Positions 13,779 through 26,833 are shown, numbered from the stretch's first letter. The stretch is 64,000 bases of DNA from Octopus vulgaris (GCA_951406725.2 OX597821.1:59892001-59956000); one strand, 5' to 3'. Translations and numbers: made by a program. The notes: generated by a model from the letters alone, not told the origin.

Positions 13779-14830
13779 AAAAAAAATTCAAAAGTAAAGT
13801 GAATGGGACTAATTAATATGCAACTATAATCAGGTGTTTTTAAGTTATGTTGAAGCAAGCAAAGAAGGAAATGTAGAATTCTAGAAGAAATAGGCGTCAA
13901 GAAAAGCTCTTTGATTAGTCACTAGTATTGGAGTAGACAAGTTGCCGACACACCAGACTATCAGTCTTAAAAGTAGTGAATATAAGAGAAAAATGGGAGG
14001 AGGAGGTGGAGGAAGATGACAACAACAATGCAGAAGAGGAAGAAGGCTTAACAAGCAAGATAACTAACTAGGTGTCAGAGATCTGCAGAATGGTGTGGAG
14101 GTTGAAGGGATAGTAGCAAAAAACGCAAAATTAATGGAAAATTAAAGCAAAGGAGACGGCTAGGTAAAGTTTTAACAATGGGGATATTTGCTGTAAATTA
14201 ACACTAAAATAATAATCTGTAAAGTAAAAGTAACAAATTTAAAGGGATGAGGGAGTTATAAACAAATAATAGTAGTGAAAAAGAAAATTTGTGGTGTTTT
14301 GAAGGGAATATGTTAAATAAAATGTAAAAGCCAGGATGTACAGAACATCAGAGTGTCAAGTATAGTAACAGTAAAAGGTAGCTAAGCAAGTAAAAATATG
14401 GGGGAGTGGTAAATATGTTGATAAGGTGTGAAGAAAGAATGACAATTATAGAATAAGATACAAAGGAGCTGGGTCAGTAAACAGTTAAAAACTGAGTCAC
14501 AGCAACAGGAGATCCTGTGCTTTAATAATTAAATCAAAGAGGATAAATTACTTGCTAAAGTCAAGGCGTAGTTTGGGGTTTGTACTAGAGCTAGGAATTT
14601 GCCATCCTGCATTTATTACATGACAAAATCCTTCCATCATATTAATTTTAGTGGATTGTATCTAGCAAACAGAACGACTAAGCTTTTTCTAAAGCATAAA
14701 TTGCAAGGTCTCTCATTACCAGTGGTTGGACTTGGCTCTAGGTACTATTTTTCCATTTAGTTAGTAATCTTTATCTTTAACTTCTAAATAAAAGTTTTGA
14801 GAGTGGAGTTTCCATTATTCTGTTCGGTTG

Positions 14831-15140
14831 CAAGCATGGCTGTATGGGCAAGACAACTACTTCCCAACCAATGGTTTCAACTGTTTTGTGAGTGGATTTG
14901 GTAAAGGGAAAATGTATGGAAACCAGTCATATATGCATGCATTTCCTTGTCATACAAGCAAGGTTATTCGTTTCCAATGTTCTGGCGCAAATATGCTTGG
15001 CCATAGGGAAACATTACTTTGCTTAGAAACAAGTAAAGGTTGACAATAGGAATGGGATCTGGCCGTAGAAAACCTGTCTCTATAAACTGTCCAATCCATG
15101 CATACAAGGAAATGTAGATGTTAAAATGATGCTGCTGATG
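14831..15140 (+). mobile_element. SINE-A2 (SINE-A head with alternative GGAAGGGCATCC...GTTAAAATGATG tail), internally deleted
   Basis: Head matches SINE-A; tail matches 17480-17598, 55660-55770 and 32530-32655. Confidence 0.7.
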
Positions 15141-15246
15141 AATGGTTCCTGAACATGTGCTTGTTATGGTACAGTTTAAAAGGTGTAAAAATAAAACCTG
15201 TGTGTTTGTTGAATTAGTGGTAAACATGATTGCATTAACAGATAAT

Positions 15247-15438
15247 CCTTTCTACTAGAGGCACAAAGCCTGAAATTTGAGGGGAGGGGGATAGTCAATT
15301 ACATCAACCCCAGCGTTTCACTGGTACTTCATTTATTGACTGTGAAAGGATGAAAGGCAAAGTTGACCTTGGTAGAATTTGAACTCAGAATGTAGCAATG
15401 GGCGAAACACAGCTATGCATTTCATCCAGTGTGCTAAA
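15247..15438 (-). mobile_element. SINE-B (tRNA-derived, Meta-domain-like), 5'-truncated, 14-bp TSD
   Basis: GAAAGGATGAAAGGCAAAGTTGACC core. Flanked by CATTAACAGATAAT (15233-15246) and CATTAATAGATAAT (15439-15452). Confidence 0.85.
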
Positions 15439-16364
15439 CATTAATAGATAATATCTAGACATTAATGATCTAGAGGGCAGTAATGTAAGTAAATGTAGTT
15501 ACATTTTGTATTTGTGTATATGTTAGCATAATTGGTGGAGTTGAGGCTTTTGTAGGTTGCAGTATGTTATGGCTTGGGCAAAATTAAATGTAGCAGAGTC
15601 AGATACAGTGTATTTGTAAATAAATTCTACAATATTTATACTGCATGTAAAAGTATTTAAGAAAGTGAAAGTAAAGTCAAGCTATTGCATTATTTGCGGC
15701 TAAGATGAAAGAACAGATAAGAAGATACATTATTCATTCTATTCTAATTCTCTTCCTATGTCTACCATTTGTATAATTTTAACCAATTGATGTGTGCGGT
15801 GTGTGTCCCATGCAGTAGATTTTTCTCTTGAAACTGCTCTTGATGCTTTGCTGTAAACTGCTGCTTCAATATGTTGGAAGAGAGGTCTGAGATTCTTCCA
15901 AGCCAAACATTCTTAAGATTATTTATGTTTTTGAGGACACTTAGAGAAGAAGAGTAAGTAGTTCAACAACTTATCCTAAGAGGATAAGAAGTTGAACTTA
16001 TCTGCTTCATGATGGTTGGTTTTAATAGAAAGAATCTAATTTCCTGAATAAATTCTAATTTAATATACTAGTAATAAGAAACTTTGCAATTTATGCTTGG
16101 GGAAAAGCTTAGCCATTCTATTTGTTGAAGGCAGACTACTAAATAAGTGTAACGAAAAGTTTTTCTCATGACATAAAATTCTTATATCTGCTAAAAACCC
16201 ACACATTTTCTCTTTACCAAATCCACTCACAAAACAGTTGTACTAAAATCTTTGCCCTTTATTACCATATTTAGGGGGCTTCTGAAGAAGGAAGGACCCT
16301 CAATGTAAGCCAAAACAGGAGTCCAGTTGCCCACAGAAAAATGCATAAAGACATACATTTATAT

Positions 16365-16738
16365 TCATTCTTTTTGTTTCAGTCATTTGACTGTGGTCAT
16401 GCTGCAGCACAGACTTTAGTTGAAGAAATCAACCCAAGGAATTCTTCCTTGTAAACCTAGTACTTATTTTATTGGTCATTTTTACCGAACTGCTAAGTTA
16501 CGGGAATATAAATACACCAACATCGGTTGTAAAGCAATGGTGGGGGACAAGCACAGACACACAAACATATATATATATATATGACAGACTTCTTTCAGTT
16601 TCCATCTATCAAACCCACTCACAAGGCTTTGGTTGGCCTGAGGCAATAGAAGATACTTTCCCAAAGTTCCACGCAGTGGAACAGAACCTGGAACCATATG
16701 GTTGGGAAGCAAGCTTCTTACCACACAGCCATGCCTGT
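16365..16738 (-). mobile_element. SINE-A, full length
   Basis: Reverse complement of the SINE-A pattern, including A/B boxes at 16675-16735. Confidence 0.9.
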
Positions 16739-16909
16739 GCTTATGCCTGAATATTTTTTTATAGTCACAGCTTTCATTAAATCTTATATTTGTATTTATC
16801 CAGTAACTCACCCACACAGTGCACTCTTTAGTGTACATGTGTACATATGTATACACAACCACATGTGTGTATGTACCATATACACAGATATAAATGTATG
16901 CATACACAC

Positions 16910-17598
16910 ATGGCTGAGTGGTTAAGAAGTTCCCTTCACAACCAGGAAGTTCTCCATCCTACTGTATGGCATCTTGGGCAAGTACCTTTACTATAGCATG
17001 TGACCAACAGAAATCTTGAGCAAATTCAAGATAAATAGAAAATGTGCAGGAGTTCATTCAGCAACCCTTTTTTTTTTTGAAGTCAAAACTCCAGCTTTGT
17101 CACCTTGTGTCACACTGGTTCTACTTGAGGATACACATGTCTGTGGAATATTTGGTCTCTTCACATGATAATTCAATGAGTAGGTTGTCTAGTTGGTATC
17201 ACTCAACTGGATGCTCAAAAATTGATACCAATAAAAGTTTGCTTCCTAGCCATATGATTTTAGGTTCAATCTCAAAGCATAGAACCTTGGGAATCTTCTA
17301 CTAAAGACCTGGGCAGAGCAAAGCCTTGTGAGTGGATCTGGTAGTCAGAAATTGAAAGAAGCTCATTGAGTATGTATGTATGTATGCATGCATGTGTGTG
17401 TGTGTATGTGTCTCCTAGTCTTGACATGATAGTTGTACTAGTGGTGTTCATTTCCAATCTTCTGAGAAAATGCCTGACCATGGGGAAATATTACCTTACT
17501 TGAAAATAGGTGAGGGTTGGATGTAGGAATGGCATCTAGCCTTAGAAAATCTGCTTCAATAAATTCTACCCAACTGATGCAAGCATGGAAAAGGGAAT
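16910..17598 (+). mobile_element. SINE-A head (16910-17065), unclassified repeat fragment, and SINE-A2 (17238-17598)
   Basis: TGGCTGAGTGGTTAAGAAG head; AAAGCCTTGTGAGTGGATCTGGTAG core; A2 tail ending GTTAAAGCAATGACAATGAT. Confidence 0.75.
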
Positions 17599-18279
17599 GT
17601 TAAAGCAATGACAATGATCACACACACACACACACGCACGCACGCACACACACACACACAAGCCTCATATAGCTTCTGCCTACCAACATCAGGCAAAAAG
17701 CATTAGTTACTCAGCAGTTACAGAAAATGACAATTGATCAAGATGTTGCACAGAGGGAATAAATCACAAACCATATTGAGAAGTGTGAAAGTTTTCACTT
17801 CTGGTTCTTGTATGGGATTGTCTAAGTGAAAAAAAAAAAAATGATGTCATCACATTTATGTTCCTAGTGAATGTTACATCCGGTAGATCTGGTCTCTTGA
17901 AGCAGTAAATTAAAAAAATAATCATCTTTTCCTTGTAAGACAGAGCAAAGGCTGGTAACAAGAAGAGCATCCAGGAACAAAAATACTATCTCAAATAAAT
18001 TACCCATTCAGCCCACACCAAAATGCAAAAATGGACATAAAACAGAATGAAACAGGCACACTAAATATATTGTTTGCTAAGTGCAGAGGACTTGAAGTGC
18101 CTTGCCTCCTTTCCTGCCAGCTGGCATTAAGAGTGATCACGAGATACTTAGGAACTTGCTTAAGGACTTCCTAAGCCTATCATTGTCGTTCCTAGTGACA
18201 AGAGCTGAGTTCTGAATGATGATCATAACTAAATATAAGTTTCCTTTTATTAGTGAGTTACACTGTAATAAAAATGTAA

Positions 18280-18590
18280 TTGGACGTCCTTCATCGCATC
18301 AATCCTCATGTATTTCCAAGCAAGTAATATTTCCTTATGGCCAGGCATATTTTTTCATGAAAGATTGAAAACAACCTCCCTTAGATCACAATTACGCTCA
18401 TTTACAACCATCACATGATATCTAGATAAGGGTGCAAATACACATATGGAACAGGTTTCTTTCAATTTCTATCTACCAAATTCACTTACAAGGGGCTGTA
18501 ATAGAAAGTGCTTTCCCAAGGTGCCACACATTGAGATTGAACCCAAGACCATATTGTTGGAAAGCAAGCTTCTTAATCACACAGCCATGC
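18280..18590 (-). mobile_element. SINE-A2
   Basis: TTTCCAAGCAAGTAATATTTCC tail plus reverse-complement head ending CACAGCCATGCC. Confidence 0.75.
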
Positions 18591-18744
18591 CTTTTTAAAT
18601 ATACATTTGTTAGATGAAATGAAGACAAAAGTGACATTGTAAATGTGAGCACTAATTTGAGTGCAAGAAGATATATGAAAATATGTAAATGAAAAAGAAG
18701 TGGTGATAGAAAAAAGAAACTGAAAGAAAAGGAGATAAGAAAAG

Positions 18745-19110
18745 ATGATTGATGCAAAGAATGGCTGGGTCAGAAGTTTTAAGTATGTATTGGGGTCTAA
18801 GCCAACTTTGGAATTTCAAATTGTTGATGGTGAAAACAAACACTATTTTAATGCATCTAAAACTGAATGCAATGAAGTTGCTGTCCTACCTATATCCTAT
18901 GAGATGTTGCAAAGCCTCAAAAAAGATGTGAATGGGGAAGACATATTTTGGAATACAGGCTGGATCAAATTCTTCAAAATACATTCTCAGGCATGGACTG
19001 ACTTCTATGGCTATCACTTTACAGTTTGAGAATATTCCCTCAATCGCTGCATTAAAGCCACTCTTTTGCATCAGTTTGTTAAAATACAGTCTGAGAGATT
19101 GTTGTATTAC
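18745..19110 (+). pseudogene. Decayed pogo/Tigger-like transposase fragment (CENP-B-type HTH)
   Basis: LPISYEMLQS...NTGWIKFF, then after a frameshift RHGLTSMAITLQ, matching the pogo pattern P(I/V)S..ML....GW..F..RH.L....T..Q. Confidence 0.5.
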
Positions 19111-19149
19111 AGTCAAAAAGGAGCAAAAGACTGATTTATTATATTCAAA

Positions 19150-19510
19150 CGGGCTATATGGTTAAGAACTTCACTTCACGACATGGTTTCAGGTTCAGTC
19201 TCACTGCATGGCACCTTGGGCAATTTTTTTTCTACCACCACCCAAGCCAACCAATGTCTTGTGAGTGGAATTTGTAGACAGAAATTGTATTAAGTTCATT
19301 GAGTGTGTGTATCATCAGCATTTAACAGCCATTTCCCAATGCTTGCTTCAGTCAGACGGAATTTGTTGAGACAAAACTTCTACAGGTAGATACTCTCCCA
19401 GTTGCCAAGCATCCCCTGTTTCCATGCAAGGTGTAATATTTCCTCATGGAAGACTAGAAACAAACGTCACTACTTGAATGGTGGTGATGCACATTTACAA
19501 CATTACATGC
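19150..19510. mobile_element. SINE-A head (+, 19150-19310) abutting SINE-A2 tail (-, 19315-19510)
   Basis: GGTTCAGTCTCACTGCATGGCACCTTGGGC; CATTTAACAGCCATTTCCC...TTCCATGCAAGG. Confidence 0.75.
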
Positions 19511-20094
19511 ACACACACACACACACACGTGTGCCTGTATGCAACTGTATGTGAATTTTAACATGTAGCAAAGCAACATGGATTTTAACATTCCATGTTG
19601 ACATTATGACTGGTCACTGTTTTATTATTTTTTTTGAAGATCTGAAATATAAAAATCCTTTACCTGAGAAAACGTGTGAATGTTGGTGATAAGAGCATCC
19701 AACCGAAAACTCCTGCCTCAAAATCAATCCCAACTTTAGTCATGCTAACTTGGGTAAAAAATTGACACCAAACTAAAATAATTTACAAGATGTAATGAAT
19801 AATGATGTAGCTAAGGGAGATACTGGTCAACTTTGCATTCTCCCATTGTCATCAAATTTTGTATGTAGTCTTTGACATGTGCAGGATGCAGTGACTTTAT
19901 CTTTACTATTTTGGCATCACAAGAACTCTTTATTATTTTCATCTTCAACTCTCAAATAAACAAAATTCAAAAAAAGATCCTTCCAAACAAAACATTCACT
20001 TGCAAGCATGACCTCACAGTAAGGGGTTTCCACTGGCAACCAATGAATTTGATTACTAAATTACTATTTAGATCAGTCATGTGTGACATGTATA

Positions 20095-20300
20095 TCATCA
20101 TCATCATCATTTAATGTCCATTTTTCCAGCTGGAATTTGTTGAAGTAGATATTTTACAGCCAGATACACTTCCTGTCACTAACCCTCACTTAGTTCCAAG
20201 CAAGGTAATATTTTCCCAAAACTGGACATGTCTTTCAAGGAAGACAAGAAACAAACCACCTCACTTGAGTGACAATGATGCTCATTTACCATCATCATAT
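20095..20300 (-). mobile_element. SINE-A2 tail
   Basis: (CAT)n TTTAATGTCCATTTTTCC...TTCCAAGCAAGGTAATATT. Confidence 0.75.
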
Positions 20301-20517
20301 GATGGCTGTAAATGTGAAGGTTTTAATCACAGAATGATTCCATCGTATCAGCAGAGGCCAAGACTCTGGTAGAGAGAAAACACTCTTCAATATTGTTAAA
20401 ACCTAGCTGACTTATGGCTCTCTATTGTGCCCTGAGCAGGAATTCAACCAACACAGAACACAAGAAATGCATTAAATGGTTTCCAAGACTTGGATTGCTG
20501 TCTAAAGAACCTTAGCA

Positions 20518-20720
20518 CCTTAACATTTAAACCAGTTATATCCAGCTGAAATTTTCCACCTGTTTTATGTTTAAACTGACCAGGCCTGGCTTTATCATTC
20601 TAAAAATAAACTATCATATTGTCAAATGTAGATATGCAATAATGCACGGTTTGATTCAAAACGGTGTTTATAAATATACATTACATTTGACAAGAGAAAT
20701 CTGAATGCTAAACGGCTGAA
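20518..20720 (-). mobile_element. MITE family E (piggyBac-like ends), decayed
   Basis: Homologous to 37109-37336 and 45216-45409. Confidence 0.7.
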
Positions 20721-21129
20721 CCTCCCCCACCCATGATGTTAAAATTCTGTGAACTATTCAATTCACTTCATCTTTGGCTCAAGTATCATAAATGGCATGG
20801 CCAATGATTTCAAGCATCATCAAGTAGAAGAGATTTACCCTAGCATAGAAACAGGATACCTAAATAAACCCTACAATGTAGACCATCCTCAACCTAATAA
20901 CACTGAGCTCAGAAAGTTATAAATGACAGCTTGAGAGATGGTAACACAATGTCGACACTAAAATCACATGTCAATGATGGTGAACTCAAACTTATTGCAG
21001 AAAAGAGGACAATCTGGAATTTGATTCCTTGATGGTACTGGTTTCATCAGTAGCATCAAAGAAGACATTCCTGGTCAGTATATTTTGCTTGTTAAATACA
21101 CAAGGCATAACTATTTCAATAGCTTCCTC

Positions 21130-22080
21130 AAGTTTTGCTGCCTCACTCCTTGGAGCCATAAAGCGCATTCTGCTTTCTAGCTAGTCTTAGACTTGTGTAC
21201 ATATGATGCACCTACTTGCAACATTGCTAAGAATTCTAGAAGTGGACATGAGATTCCAAACGATTCTGTGAGATAAATGCACAAGGGGAAAAAAAAAGAG
21301 CTCTGGAGGCCTTAGACAAGACATTGGAGGATTTGCACGACAATATGTTTTCAAATAGGGTGTTGGGTGGCTTCCTTCAGACCCAAAGGAATAGAAGTTG
21401 ATGAAATCCAAGCTTGCTTTAAATCATCAATTTACAAAGTTAATATTTTGAAACCCTCTACAAATCGGAAGGTTAATTTTTGGGGGATGTCAACTGAGAG
21501 ATCAAGTTCACCAAAAATAAGGTACAAGTTGGAGAGGGAAGATTTCTTTCTCACAGTAATGGCATTATTGACCCAGTGGGTAAGACAGCAGATAAATTGA
21601 TTATAATGATGCTCTCTAATTTGTCACATTATTACAAAACACATATACACACAAGCTCACTTAGACTCTCCTACATGGTGAGATGTATAAGACATCAAGC
21701 TTCTTCCAGCATGGTTGATCTGCTGCAGTTTTTTTTCCTACTCCTGTCTAACTGCTTCACATACATTTAAGGTGTGCATGGAATGTTTGGCACAAAGAGT
21801 TCTTCTATTGACCCTTTTCCTGTTTGCCCTTTTCAGGTGCAAAATGTGTGACATAGCGCCATCATGTTTTGCAGTGGCTAGGATTTACTTCACACAAAGA
21901 TTTCTTTATTTATAATTTTACCCCACAAAGTGACTTGAGGATCTTCTGTAGGCATCAGTGGTGTAATGTGTTCAACCACTTGGCCTGTTTGCCTAACATA
22001 TTCCAGGACAAAGAACCAATGCATTATTCATTTTTTTGTTTTTGGCCAGACTTAGCGCAAAAGTTGGAAACAGGCCCTGC
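21130..22080 (-). mobile_element. Decayed RTE-clade LINE RT C-terminal remnant
   Basis: Minus strand ~21975-21930 reads LNTLHH*CLQKILK, like the RTE motif LN.FH.RCLR.IL. Many stops and frameshifts. Confidence 0.4.
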
Positions 22081-22609
22081 TTTGCCAATACAACTATTTA
22101 TGTAACTTTTGATGCTTCTGTCAATACTGATCTCACACACACACACACACACACACGTGTATACATACACAAAAACACACATAGATTGTGATGGTCTGTG
22201 TGACAGCGCCAGGCAAATACACCTATACTGGCATCGGTTAGATGGGTTGTCATGGTTAGTATCATTGCACACTGCATTAAAGTAAACTATTCAGCTTGTG
22301 TAATGTGTACTTGTTTCAGGTGCACTTTCTCAAGCTACAAGAGAGAGCATGTAACAGATAAGGGTAGCCTAAACTATTCTCTGTATCCAACAACAGTTCT
22401 TATTTGTACTCTCAGCCAACATAGATAGATATGTATGCTTTCATGGTGTGTGGAGACCAAATCTTAGTTAATCCCTTCTCGTCATGGTTTCCATGGCCAG
22501 ATGCCTCCCTTCCATATCATGAGCCAATTTACAGAAAGCACTGCATGCATTTAATAGACTGTCAAAGAGAAGGTGCTATAATTTCAGGAATTTACAGCAT
22601 CCACAACAC

Positions 22610-22755
22610 ATAATAAAAGTGGTGGGTGTAAGGAAGGGCATTCATCTGCAGAAACCATGCCAAAGCAGGCACTGGAGATTGATGCAATCCTATTGCTGCA
22701 CGCTAGATCCTGTCCAACCCATCCCTGCATGGGAAAATGAAAGCTTAATGATAAT
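22610..22755 (+). mobile_element. SINE-C 3' tail
   Basis: GTGGTGGGTGTAAGGAAGGGCATTCATCTGCAGAAACCATGCC, homologous to 43965-44112. Confidence 0.6.
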
Positions 22756-23359
22756 ACTGATTCTCATAACATACTGACATGCTAAGGGGAAAATGTATTC
22801 CTCGCTGGGAGATTAGGTGAAAGATAAGATGTTTCAGTCTTTTTAGATCTCATTAGCAAAAGTGGCCTACTTGAGTTGTATTCCTTAGCTCAGTATGCAC
22901 TTACATGTACATCATCATCATCACCAACATTTAACATCTATTTTTTCCATGCTGGCATGAGTGTATGTGTGTGTAAATATATATATATATATATACACAT
23001 ACAATATGTGTACATATATATATATGGCTTATATCTGTGAGGATGGTATGCCAATTGGTTGAGTGGCTTTCCTTTGGGTGTGATCTGAGATGTTTATATA
23101 AAAGCAGCAGCATCCCAGTTGTGATTGTAACACAACAATACTCCATAATGTAGCCTTACGTGAGCTGTCCGGAATACATTTGTATATAAAACACTTAACT
23201 GGATAATAAAGGAACATGCATATAGGGGGTGGGGTGGGCATACACACACACAGATTTCTTATATACAAATATTGAATGTGTATGTATTTTCGTATGTATG
23301 AATACATATATATGCACACATATATATATACTGTGCATATATATATATATATACACATT

Positions 23360-23850
23360 CTTTTACTTGTTTCAGTCATTTGACTGCAGCAAGGCTAGAG
23401 CACCGCCTTTAGTCAAGCTAATTGACCCCAGGACTTATTCTTTGTAAGCCTAGAACTTATTCTATCAATCTTTTGACAAACCGCTAAGTTAAGAGGAAGT
23501 AGACATACCAGCATTGGTTGTCAAGCAATGTTGGGGGAACAATCACAGACACACACATATATATCCTTCTTTCTTTCCTTTCCTTTCCTGAGCGTCCAAT
23601 AACACTATACTTATTCCATGTCCTCGCGTTGCTGTGTTTTCTCTTTGTTCATGTTTAGATTAACTATACACACACACACACATACATGATGGGCTTCTTT
23701 CAGTTTCCGTCTACCAAATCCACTAATAAGGCTTTGGTTGGCCCGAGGCTACAGTAGAAGACACTTGCCCAAGGTGCCATGCAGTGGGACTGAACCCGGA
23801 ACCATGTGGCTGGTAAGCAAGCTACTTACTACACAGCCATTCCTGCACCT
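23360..23850 (-). mobile_element. SINE-A, well preserved, with a ~100-bp foreign insert in its central microsatellite
   Basis: Near-consensus head (GGGACTGAACCCGGAACC) and tail; unrelated segment at 23563-23666. Confidence 0.9.
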
Positions 23851-24219
23851 ATATATATATATACATACATACATACATAGGTGCATATTTTTTTATACAT
23901 AGGTATATATTTTGTTATACTGGTTTCACTCATTCATTTTCTATGTATAAACATTCTTCGTTGCACGCACACACACACAAGTAGACATAAACTGGTGATG
24001 AAAATTCTAATGTTTTCTTGGTGATCGCAGTCATTAGGCAGGAATGATACTGAGGCAGTGGCTCAAATGGTTTAGTCAGTTGCATCAGTTAAGTGTTTAG
24101 TTCCTTTTGCTTATGCAAAAATAAAGGAACACAACATAAACAACACCAGTTTTGAGACATACTTTGTAAACGAGCCAAGAAACAAATACACACACACACA
24201 CATATATTTATATATATGA

Positions 24220-24530
24220 AAAGCTTCTACAGCTCTCATCTATCAAATACCACACCCAAACTACAGAGGAACCAAAGGCTATAGAAGACATTTCACAAAA
24301 AACGCAGAGCAGTTGACTGTCATCATTTAGTGTCCACTTTTCAATGCTTGTATGTGTTGGACTGGGTTTATTTGAGACAGGAACAAATTTTCTACAGTTG
24401 GATGCCCTTCCTGCTGCTAACCCTCATGTTTCCAAGCAAGGTAATATCTCCTCAAAGCCAAACATGTTCTTCCAGAATACTGGAAAAGAATGACACTGCT
24501 TGTTTGACAGGGACAATCATTTACATTTAT
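24220..24530 (-). mobile_element. Decayed SINE-A head and SINE-A2 tail
   Basis: CATTTAGTGTCCACTTTTC...GGATGCCCTTCC...TTCCAAGCAAGGTAATAT. Confidence 0.7.
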
Positions 24531-24633
24531 CTATAAGAAAGCCTTATATGCCCCTTTATTAGACTATTTTCCTTAGTCATTGCATGGTGATCACCATAAG
24601 CTTCAAGCTTATATAAAAATATTATTATTTACA

Positions 24634-24678
<45 letters not shown>

Positions 24679-24860
24679 ATCAAAAATTTAACAAAAACAC
24701 AAGAAACAGAACTATAACAAATATGAAATAAACAGAAAATTTGTAGCTTATTCCTCATCAGCCAATGTCCAAAAATTCATAACAATTTTGTGCATATATA
24801 TATATGTAAAAGAAATTTAATAAAAACAGGTGTTTGCAACATTATATTGTAATGGAAAAT

Positions 24861-25030
24861 TATAGCTGTCAACTGACCTTGACTAAGGGTGTGAATAACA
24901 TATACTCTGATGGGAGCTGCAATCAGAGTACATGTTATGTGTTTTGTAACAGCACTGGAGCATTTTAGCTCCTATTTCTAGCAATGTAGGTGTTATTCAC
25001 ACTCTTAGTCCAGTTTAGTTGATGACTATA
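24861..25030. mobile_element. MITE with ~40-bp imperfect TIRs and TA ends
   Basis: GACTAAGGGTGTGAATAACA (24881-24900) vs TGTTATTCACACTCTTAGTC (24991-25010) is 19/20 complementary, extending imperfectly to TATAG/CTATA. Confidence 0.65.
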
Positions 25031-25034
25031 ATAT

Positions 25035-25190
25035 ATTTGCTTCCCAACCACATAGATTTAGGGTCAGTCTCACTGTTTGGCACCTTGGGTAACTATCTTC
25101 TATTATAGCTTCAAGCTGACCAAATCCCTGTGAGTGGATTTGATAGATGGAAACTGAAAGAGGCCTATTCCTATTATGTGTGTGTGTTTA
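25035..25190 (+). mobile_element. SINE-A head
   Basis: TTGCTTCCCAACCACATAG...GGCACCTTGGG...GTGAGTGGATTTGATAGATGGAAACTGAAAG. Confidence 0.8.
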
Positions 25191-25195
25191 TATCT

Positions 25196-26414
25196 ACTGG
25201 GTCACAAACCAGATAAATGCATTCATTTCTTACCAATATTATTTGAATTAACAAGAAAAGTATTTTAATCATAGTGTTTTATGGTTTTACTAATTAGTTC
25301 TAGTCTTCTACAGCTTCTGTTATGAAATTTGAATTTCACCTCTTTTCAGACAAATGACAATGCCAAGTACAAAAATATGACCATTTTGGAGACCTACTAC
25401 ACTTCCCTTTCATTCAGGGTTCCAAAACTGCTAAAGCCACTCTAGATTTTTGTGCTGTATACAGAGAGGACATTATTACTGAAAGAACTGCACAAAATGA
25501 TTTTTACGCTTCCAGGAAGAGAAATTTGACCCCATAGCCTCTCTGTGTTCTGGCCAACTTGTTCAGTTCAATGAAGATCAAATGAACAAGATCATCCATA
25601 AGGATCTGTGCTAATAATCCACTAGGGAACTGGCCCAAGCAAATACAATGTTCTCACTACATCACCAGTTACTTTCACTTGATGGGTAAGGTCCAAAAAC
25701 TCAGTATATGGGTGCCACACACTTTGAATGAAAGAGACAAACTCCAGCACTCTTCTATCACCACCAGTTTGCTCACCTGATACTAGGCTACTCATGGATA
25801 CAAACATTATTTTACTGCAAGGTCACTGGTGATGAAAAGTGGTGTCTTTAAGTCAATATAAAGCAGAGGAAGGAATGATGAAGTCCTGACAAGCACTTGA
25901 ACCAAACCAAAGCTGTATCCATGCAAGACAATCTCCGCATTTGGTGGGACTGGGAATGGCTAATCCACAACAAAATGCTTGAAAACAATCACTGAGTCAA
26001 TGCAGAGCTTTATGTTTAGCAAATGCCTCACTTCAATGAGGCATTTCAGTTCAGACAACCGGACTGGTAACATGGGATGTTTCTTTCAGTGTGACAATAC
26101 TTGTTCCCACATCACTAATTTAGCCAAAAATGTTATTCAAGAGCTCGGGTTGGAAGTTCTACTGCATTCACTGAATTTCCTGACATAGCACCTTCAGATT
26201 ATCACCTTTTACAGTTGAACAATCTTTCAGGCATTGTTCAATGAATTCTTCAAGCCAAGACTTGGTGATTTCAACTGTCAAGACATTGAGAAGCCAGTGG
26301 AACATCATCAGGAAGTTATGGATAATGAAAAAGAATATATTATTGACTGATTTATTAAAATTGTTGATTAAAATAGATGGCAGAGGGGTGTGTGAATTTA
26401 TCTAATAGCCTAAT
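25196..26414 (+). mobile_element. Near full-length decayed mariner (DD34D, Mos1-like) transposon; transposase pseudogene ~25355-26350
   Basis: KLSIWVPHTLNE (W at 25709), VTGDEKW (25822-25842), CDNTCSH (~26090, HDNARPH-like), ELGLEVLLH..PDIAPSDYHL (~26140-26208). Stops and frameshifts throughout. Degenerate TIR-like ends; ~1.2 kb length. Confidence 0.9.
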
Positions 26415-26449
26415 ATGTATGTGCACATGAATGCACATCTTGGTTTTCA

Positions 26450-26560
26450 CACTGTTTGTAAATAAGCATCACTGTAATGTTGGTGACAGGAAAGGCATCC
26501 AAATGAATGAAGAAAATCAAATTCTGTCTGACCCATGCAAGCATGGAGTGTGTGCTTTGC
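26450..26560 (+). mobile_element. SINE-A2 tail
   Basis: TTGGTGACAGGAAAGGCATCC...TCTGACCCATGCAAGCATGG. Confidence 0.7.
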
Positions 26561-26710
26561 ATAAACTTTAACCTTGCGTACATGTATATATAGTCACAAA
26601 GCAATACACATATGAATATATGCATATATAAATGCACATATGCATGTACATGCATACATACACATATCCATATATATATATATATATATACACACATCCA
26701 CATGTACAAT

Positions 26711-26743
<33 letters not shown>

Positions 26744-26833
26744 GATGAGTGTATTTTTACCTTGTTAACAATTAACACGGAAAAAATAAATATTTGATTT
26801 ACACCTGCGTTAAACTCCATTCATTCATTCATT

